A stretch of 49,465 bases of DNA from an uncultured Gammaproteobacteria bacterium (GTDB taxonomy: Bacteria; Patescibacteriota; Microgenomatia; UBA1406; GWC2-37-13). Under the pieces are notes generated by a model. It made no database searches. It saw nothing but the letters and a program-made list of their open reading frames with translations, and had not been told where the DNA came from. Location: NCBI GenBank assembly GCA_964437175.1, contig CAYTFR010000001.1, positions 1 through 49,465 on the forward strand, in the 5' to 3' direction. Position 1 is the first letter of the stretch. Every line of letters begins with the position of its first letter. Positions 44,333 to 49,465 of the stretch are shown here, piece by piece. A program made the translations under genes and the position numbers.

Positions 44333-45661
44333 TTACGCCTTTAATATTATTTTGCTAACTTTCTTACCTATTTTAACCGCATAGTTGACTCCTCTTTCAT
44401 AAGGATAAGTCATATCTAAGTTGGCAATATAAAAGTTTTTTATTGGTGTTGTAAAATCAGGTTTGTTTTTTAGAAATTCTTTATCAACCACTGGCTGGGC
44501 ATAAGGAGCTTTAAGTAAATAAAAAGACTTTGGCTTAAAATCTGGGTTAATTTTTTTTAGATAGGGAAGATAATCGTTTAAAAGCTCTTTCCCAGTCATT
44601 TTTAATCTTTTATCTTTAGGATCAACATAGTTAACTAAATAGATAAAATGAGAGTTTCCATAGTGTTTTTTATCAATAAAATTAGTCTGTTCAATAATCC
44701 CAGTGAAAGGAAATCTTTTTATACAAACATTAAGCCAATATGTTTTTTCAAGAAAAGCTTTTTTACTTTCTACAATTAAGTTAAAAGCGTAAAAATACTT
44801 AATTTTTTTAAGGCGATCAAGATAAAGAGTAGGAAACAAAGACTGAGTTGTTTTTGTCAATACTGGAGTCGGCAATGTTGACACAATGACATCAAACATC
44901 TCTTTTTCAATTACTCCCTGGCTATTTTTGTATTTAACCTCAAACTGATTGTTTTTTTTCCTTATCTCAAAAATAATGGCTCTTTTTTTAATCTCAACGC
45001 CTTTTGTTTTATTTATCTCTTCTAAATAATCAACCAGGTTTTGGAATCCTTTTTTAATATAACCTAGTTTTTTTGTTCTTTTTTTAATTCTAGCCCAAAT
45101 AAAGGTCGAGATAATTTTTCCCGCATTTTTATTGAACTTTTTCCGAAACAACTCTTTCCACAAAACATTCCATGATCTTTCCCCCATTGTTGATTTCAAA
45201 AACTGCTCCCCAGTTTGCTCCTCATAAACTGATAAAAAGGGTGAGAATTTTAAAAAAGCCAAAACTAATCCTGTCCTTATTTTGTCAAATAGATTTAAGT
45301 ATGGGAATCGAAGAAAATCAATTGGCGTATCAAGGGGATGAATTGTTAAATTATTAAGTTGTTCTTTTGATCTCTTATTTTTAAAATCAACTGTTTCATA
45401 TAATGAAGCTGTCTGAGGAGATCTAAAAAAAACATCTTCAAACCCAATCTCTTTAGCAAACTCTAAAACATCATCATCATTTGAAAAAAGATGATGATAT
45501 GTTCTATCAACAGACCACTTCCATCCTGGAACTTTAAAACTACTAGCTAAACCTCCAAGTTGATTTTCCTTTTCAAAAATAACAACTTGATTATTCTTGT
45601 TTTTTAAATAGTAGGCTGTAGTTAAGCCTGATATGCCACCACCTAAGATCGCTGTTTTCAT
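44333..45661 (-). CDS. FAD/NAD(P)-dependent oxidoreductase (amine-oxidase/protoporphyrinogen-oxidase-like fold)
   Basis: AILGGGISGLTTAYYL dinucleotide-binding motif followed by FEKENQLGG. Confidence 0.6.
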   Translation of the reverse strand: MKTAILGGGISGLTTAYYLKNKNNQVVIFEKENQLGGLASSFKVPGWKWSVDRTYHHLFSNDDDVLEFAKEIGFEDVFFRSPQTASLYETVDFKNKRSKEQLNNLTIHPLDTPIDFLRFPYLNLFDKIRTGLVLAFLKFSPFLSVYEEQTGEQFLKSTMGERSWNVLWKELFRKKFNKNAGKIISTFIWARIKKRTKKLGYIKKGFQNLVDYLEEINKTKGVEIKKRAIIFEIRKKNNQFEVKYKNSQGVIEKEMFDVIVSTLPTPVLTKTTQSLFPTLYLDRLKKIKYFYAFNLIVESKKAFLEKTYWLNVCIKRFPFTGIIEQTNFIDKKHYGNSHFIYLVNYVDPKDKRLKMTGKELLNDYLPYLKKINPDFKPKSFYLLKAPYAQPVVDKEFLKNKPDFTTPIKNFYIANLDMTYPYERGVNYAVKIGKKVSKIILKA

Positions 45662-45760
45662 AGAATATAACTATTAGTTTAAACTTCTTTAAGGAGTTTT
45701 TTATTACTTTTCCCGCATTTTCCCCGAAGAAAACCCGCAAAAAAATTAAAAGATGAGAAT

Positions 45761-46783
45761 TTAGTCTTCATTTTTGTTTTTTATTGAGTGAATTTTGAAA
45801 ACTTCTATAAAAATCGTTTCAATAAATAATGTTGCTGGAATAGCTAAAACAACCCCTAAAACTCCTCCAATCCGACCGCCAATGATTAAAGCAGATAAAG
45901 TCACAATTGGATTTAGTCCCGTAGCTCGATTCATAACAAAAGGAACAATTAAATTATTCTCCAGCTGTTGAACTAAGAAATACAAAGCAATAACAGAAAA
46001 GCCTAAAAAATATGACTGTCCCAAAGCAATTAAAAAAGCAGGCACGACTGATATTACCGGACCCAAGTTCGGAACAACTTCTAATAACCCAGCAATTACC
46101 GCTAATGAGATAGCATATTTTACTCCGATCAATCTTAATCCAATATAAGTTAGAACTCCAATAACAGTCATCAATGTAAACTCTCCCCAAAACCAAGCAC
46201 TCATTCTTTTTTCTACATAATTAAAAACATTAACCACTTGATAAACCTCTTCTTCATTAAAAAAACCAACTAACAAATTCTTAAAGAAGTTTTTTTCCAG
46301 AAGAAAATAAAAACTGAAAAATATTGTTGAAAGAACAAAGATTATATTTGAAAAAACATATCGGACCACATTGAACACCTGACTAGTAATGTTTGGCAAA
46401 TACTGACTTAAAGAATCAACTTTTATATATTGGCTCAATTCCGGACTCAAACCTTCTAAACCAACAGGAAGAGTTTTTAGTAGCAAACCGCTCTCTATTA
46501 ATAGAGGCGGTAAAACCCAGGCTAATAAAAAAATAAAGGCTCCTAAAGAAAAAATAAAAACAATAAAAACCGCTAGTGCTTTTGGGACTCTTCTTTTCGT
46601 TAAAAAATAAACGCTTGGTTTAAGGGCGCTCATAATTATAAGAGCAATAAACAAAGAGAAAATCAGATCTTTAACCAACCACATTAACTTTAATAAAAGA
46701 AGGAAAAAAACAGTAAATATTATTGTTCGGGAAGAAATCTCAATTGTGAGCGGTTTGTCTTTTTTCATCTTAATTATTATCAT
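45761..46783 (-). CDS. AI-2E family transporter (PerM/UPF0118)
   Basis: About 8 TM helices and a C-terminal LNPIVTLSALIIGGRIGGVLGVVLAIP motif. The start is uncertain (46783 or 46768). The ORF-track start at 46819 overlaps comF. Confidence 0.7.
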   Translation of the reverse strand: MIIIKMKKDKPLTIEISSRTIIFTVFFLLLLKLMWLVKDLIFSLFIALIIMSALKPSVYFLTKRRVPKALAVFIVFIFSLGAFIFLLAWVLPPLLIESGLLLKTLPVGLEGLSPELSQYIKVDSLSQYLPNITSQVFNVVRYVFSNIIFVLSTIFFSFYFLLEKNFFKNLLVGFFNEEEVYQVVNVFNYVEKRMSAWFWGEFTLMTVIGVLTYIGLRLIGVKYAISLAVIAGLLEVVPNLGPVISVVPAFLIALGQSYFLGFSVIALYFLVQQLENNLIVPFVMNRATGLNPIVTLSALIIGGRIGGVLGVVLAIPATLFIETIFIEVFKIHSIKNKNED

Positions 46784-46793
46784 AGCATGGCTG

Positions 46794-47504
46794 TTATCCC
46801 TTAGCAATAGATAAAACAAAAACCTTTCTGACCCCCTTTTTTTTCAACTGGCGACCAGCTTCTTTAGCTGTTGTTCCACTCGTAACGACATCATCAATTA
46901 AAAAGACTGTTTTTGCTTTGAATTCATTAAAAACTTTAAAAGCTCCTCTAACATTAAGATACCTTTCCTTTTTAGTTTTTAATTTTGCCTGTTCTTTAGT
47001 GTTTTTTATTCTCTCCAGTCCTTTGATTAAAGGCTGTTTTAAAAGATTGGAAAAAAAACTTCCAATCACCTCTGCCTGATTAAAACCTCTTTTATTAAAA
47101 CGTTGCCAATAAAGAGGGATAGGAACAATGAAGATCTCTTTTTTTACAAGATTTTTTAAGAAAATATATTTATCGAGCTTATCTCGATTAATGATTTGAA
47201 AAAATTCATTAAAAGCTTCTTTTACTAACCGATATTTTATGCTTTTTAAGATTTTTCGTAAAGCTCCACCATAATAAAAAATTGAAAGACTGCCATCTAT
47301 TCCTAAACGCCTTTTACAACGTGGATGAGTAAAACCCAGATAACTTTTTTTTTGACAATACAAACATCTGTCTTTAATTATATATCTCAACTCCTCTTGA
47401 CAATCAAGACAAATATAGCTTCCAATTGACCCACATGATAAACAATGTTTAGGAAATAAAAAATCTTTGATTGGCATAAATTTGATATAAGTTGTCACGA
47501 ACAA
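46794..47504 (-). CDS. comF: ComF-family phosphoribosyltransferase-like protein
   Basis: N-terminal CxxC...CxxC zinc-finger pattern and an LIDDVVTSGTT PRTase motif. An alternative start is at 47477. Confidence 0.8.
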   Translation of the reverse strand: MFVTTYIKFMPIKDFLFPKHCLSCGSIGSYICLDCQEELRYIIKDRCLYCQKKSYLGFTHPRCKRRLGIDGSLSIFYYGGALRKILKSIKYRLVKEAFNEFFQIINRDKLDKYIFLKNLVKKEIFIVPIPLYWQRFNKRGFNQAEVIGSFFSNLLKQPLIKGLERIKNTKEQAKLKTKKERYLNVRGAFKVFNEFKAKTVFLIDDVVTSGTTAKEAGRQLKKKGVRKVFVLSIAKG

Positions 47505-47527
47505 ACACTTTTTTCTGAAAAACTATA

Positions 47528-49045
47528 TTATTTAAAATTTTCCTTTTCATATTTTTCCTTTAATTTTTCTGCTTGTTTTTTACGACCCTGCTTTTGATAA
47601 AGATTATAAAGAGATTGGTATGAAAAGATAAAAGCTGGATTAAGCTCAATTGCTTTTAGATACTCTTTTTCTGCTTTTTTATCCAAGCCCTTTTTTAAGT
47701 AAGCATTAGCTAGATTATGATGAAGGTTCGAAACTGTAGAATCAATTGTTAAGGCTTTTTTATACTCCTTAATTGCTTCATCAATTTCACCTTGACTAGC
47801 ATATTCCATTCCTAGATTGTTTCGAACCCGAACACTATTTGGAGCATACTGAAGAGTTTGCTTGTAAAATCTAATTGGATTAATCCAATCAAACTGACGA
47901 ACAACAGATCGAAAACTGAAGATTATTAAGAGGATTGACAACAAAATAAAAACAATTTTATTCTTTTTATTCACAAAAAAATATATACAAAAGCTAAAGA
48001 AAAAAACTAGAGGAAGATATAAAAAATGTTCATAAAAAATCCCGTTTATAAGAACAATTCCACTAACAGGAAGAAGGGATAAATAAAACCCAAGATAAGA
48101 AAATAACAAGAACTTATTTTTTTTATTTTTACGATACAAATACCAAATAAAAGCCAGAATAATAAGATTAATGATTATAAAAATAAAAAGATAAGGATTT
48201 ATCAAATGGGTTTCAATTTGAACAATCATATCTCTTTCCATAAATAAATTTTTAGGAAATATCAGTAATCCAACATAACTAAAAATGTTTTTTATGAAAG
48301 TTGATAAACGAACCAGCAAAGATTGCCCATAAAGAGAGTTACCCCAAACTGTCCTCATATCAAGACGATTAATATATTCAAAATGGAAAACTAAATATCC
48401 TAAAGCTATTAATAGATATGGAAACAATAAAATTAAATTATCTTTTCGTCGCCAAAAAAACCAAACTAAAAACAACAAACCAAAAAAAGCTAATCCAGTT
48501 TCTTTTGAAAGAAGTGAAAAAGCAAAAGCCATTAGGCTAAACCAATAATATTTATTAAGATTTTTTTTCTTAAGAAAAAAAATCAGAGATAAAAACCCAA
48601 AAAAAACAAATAAAGGATCAGACAATCCAGAAATATAGCTGACAGCTTCTGTTTGAACCGGATGAATAATAAAAACCAATGAAATTAAAAAGGAAAAAAG
48701 TTGGTTCTTTACTATTTCTAAAAAAAAGAAAAAAATGGCTAGAGCAGCCATTATATGAATAATAATATTTAAAGCATGGAAAAAAAACGGAGTAAAGTCA
48801 AAAAATGAATGGATTGTTGAATATAAGCTTAACTGAATTGGTCGATAATAATTTGATACCTTACCCCGACCGGCAATTACATCTTGAGTAAAAATTTTAT
48901 TAACCTCAAACTGAGCCACATATTTATTCTGATAGACAAAATCCTCATCATCCCAGATAAACCCTCCAAATAAAGAAGGAAGATAAACTAAGAAACCAAT
49001 TAAAATAATAAGAATCACTAGTTCAGACTTTTTTGTTTTTTTCAC
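47528..49045 (-). CDS. TMTC-like membrane glycosyltransferase with C-terminal TPR repeats
   Basis: N-terminal FIWDDEDFV motif (DUF1736/PMT_2-like), about 10 TM helices, and C-terminal TPR repeats (NLGMEYASQGEIDEAIKEYKKAL...). Confidence 0.65.
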   Translation of the reverse strand: MKKTKKSELVILIILIGFLVYLPSLFGGFIWDDEDFVYQNKYVAQFEVNKIFTQDVIAGRGKVSNYYRPIQLSLYSTIHSFFDFTPFFFHALNIIIHIMAALAIFFFFLEIVKNQLFSFLISLVFIIHPVQTEAVSYISGLSDPLFVFFGFLSLIFFLKKKNLNKYYWFSLMAFAFSLLSKETGLAFFGLLFLVWFFWRRKDNLILLFPYLLIALGYLVFHFEYINRLDMRTVWGNSLYGQSLLVRLSTFIKNIFSYVGLLIFPKNLFMERDMIVQIETHLINPYLFIFIIINLIILAFIWYLYRKNKKNKFLLFSYLGFYLSLLPVSGIVLINGIFYEHFLYLPLVFFFSFCIYFFVNKKNKIVFILLSILLIIFSFRSVVRQFDWINPIRFYKQTLQYAPNSVRVRNNLGMEYASQGEIDEAIKEYKKALTIDSTVSNLHHNLANAYLKKGLDKKAEKEYLKAIELNPAFIFSYQSLYNLYQKQGRKKQAEKLKEKYEKENFK

Positions 49046-49287
49046 ATCTATCTATTATATTATTCTAATTCTGTTTTATGTTTCAATTACGTTTTAACAT
49101 TAACAGAATTTTTCATCCGGATAATAAAATATGATCGTAATCCATTGTACAAAAATATTGTGAATGTCTCAGCCAAACACTTTGGTAATCTCAACTAATA
49201 ATTATCTAATCGTCTTATCTGTTTTTACCCATTTCTTTTTCTTTCTCTTTTGTTTTTAAAGTCAAATTTATCATCCAAAAATGATTA

Positions 49288-49296
49288 TGTTAAAAT
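49288..49296 (+). promoter_or_regulatory. Extended -10 element (TGTTAAAAT) 11 nt upstream of tRNA-Gln(CUG)
   Basis: Same TGnTAAAAT architecture and spacing as at the other tRNA-Gln. Confidence 0.35.
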
Positions 49297-49307
49297 ATAT
49301 ATGCTTT

Positions 49308-49381
49308 TGCCCGGTGGTCTAATGGTAGGACAGGCGCCTCTGAAGCGTCTAATCTTGGTTCGAATCCAAGCTGGGCAGCCA
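49308..49381 (+). tRNA. tRNA-Gln (anticodon CUG), CCA encoded
   Basis: Acceptor TGCCCGG/CTGGGCA (U1-A72), D arm identical to the UUG isoacceptor, anticodon arm GGCGC-CTCTGAA-GCGTC, T arm CTTGG-TTCGAAT-CCAAG, then G-CCA. Confidence 0.9.
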
Positions 49382-49418
49382 GTAAGAAGAAGAAAGCCAC
49401 CAAAAGGTAGCGCTTTCG

Positions 49419-49460
49419 GCGCGTCCGAAACTGTCGGTTCGTAAAGTCGCTGAAAGCGAC
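49419..49460 (+). repeat. 42-nt GC-rich repeat, copy 2 (GCGCGTCCGAAACTGTCGGTTCGTAAAGTCGCTGAAAGCGAC)
   Basis: 40/42 identical to the reverse complement of 1310..1351. It starts 38 nt downstream of the 3' end of tRNA-Gln(CUG), and the window ends 5 nt after it. Confidence 0.85.
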
Positions 49461-49465
49461 TAAAA

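Noticed and set aside
349-46196. Short ORFs (60-127 aa) antisense to or nested in longer genes: 349..690, 4423..4605, 5720..5902, 12122..12352, 12463..12720, 17403..17621, 17928..18113, 20375..20590, 21606..21863, 22350..22658, 22859..23140, 24714..24989, 29689..30072, 32345..32539, 37956..38300, 39284..39502, 45172..45357, 45954..46196
   Set aside because: All lie entirely within well-supported longer genes on the opposite strand or in another frame. They have odd composition and no recognisable motifs, which is typical of shadow ORFs in AT-rich DNA.
1421-49381. The 48-kb segment between the inverted tRNA-Gln modules as a genomic island or mobile element
   Set aside because: The interior is full of single-copy housekeeping genes (recA, gltX, era, rny, smpB, ssrA, hup and the pur operon). 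It has no integrase, transposase or conjugation genes, and the composition looks uniform by eye.
1-49465. Alternative genetic code (UGA recoding as in some CPR lineages), CRISPR arrays, IS elements or prophage genes
   Set aside because: Long ORFs are intact under the standard code, and TGA terminates well-defined genes such as era and the Phd antitoxin. No arrays of spaced direct repeats, no transposase or integrase-like ORFs and no phage structural genes were seen.

Overview
AT-rich (roughly two-thirds A+T by eye), tightly packed bacterial segment read with the standard genetic code (TGA is used as a stop, e.g. at era). The gene content suggests a Patescibacteria/CPR-type genome; this is inference only. 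The supporting signs are small proteins, archaeal-type PurP and PGI/PMI, DUF5667-like and TMTC-like envelope proteins, and several promoters with leaderless geometry.

Left third: a nearly complete de novo purine operon. It holds a purF-purN fusion, purD, purL with a PurS-like N-terminal domain, purQ, two tandem archaeal-type purP genes, purB, purE and purC, with purM convergent. A Phd/PIN toxin-antitoxin pair interrupts the operon.

Middle: radC, gltX, a NUDIX gene, a GldA/F/G-like ABC transporter, comM and an apparently autoregulated lexA. A three-gene cell-surface island follows: an adhesin-like protein, a cohesin-like protein with an LPKSG sorting signal, and an 866-aa polytopic protein with a repeat-bearing tail.

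Right third: pepP, idi, a clan-A glycoside hydrolase, tmRNA plus smpB, an EndoQ-like PHP nuclease, an O-antigen-ligase-like protein, hup, rny, recX-recA, a UbiA-type prenyltransferase, PGI/PMI, an FAD oxidoreductase, an AI-2E transporter, comF and a TMTC-like glycosyltransferase.

The window is bracketed by two inverted tRNA-Gln genes (UUG and CUG). Each is followed by the same 42-nt GC-rich element of unknown function. I saw no CRISPR array, IS element, integrase, restriction-modification genes or rRNA. All protein calls rest on motif recognition by eye; no database search was possible.
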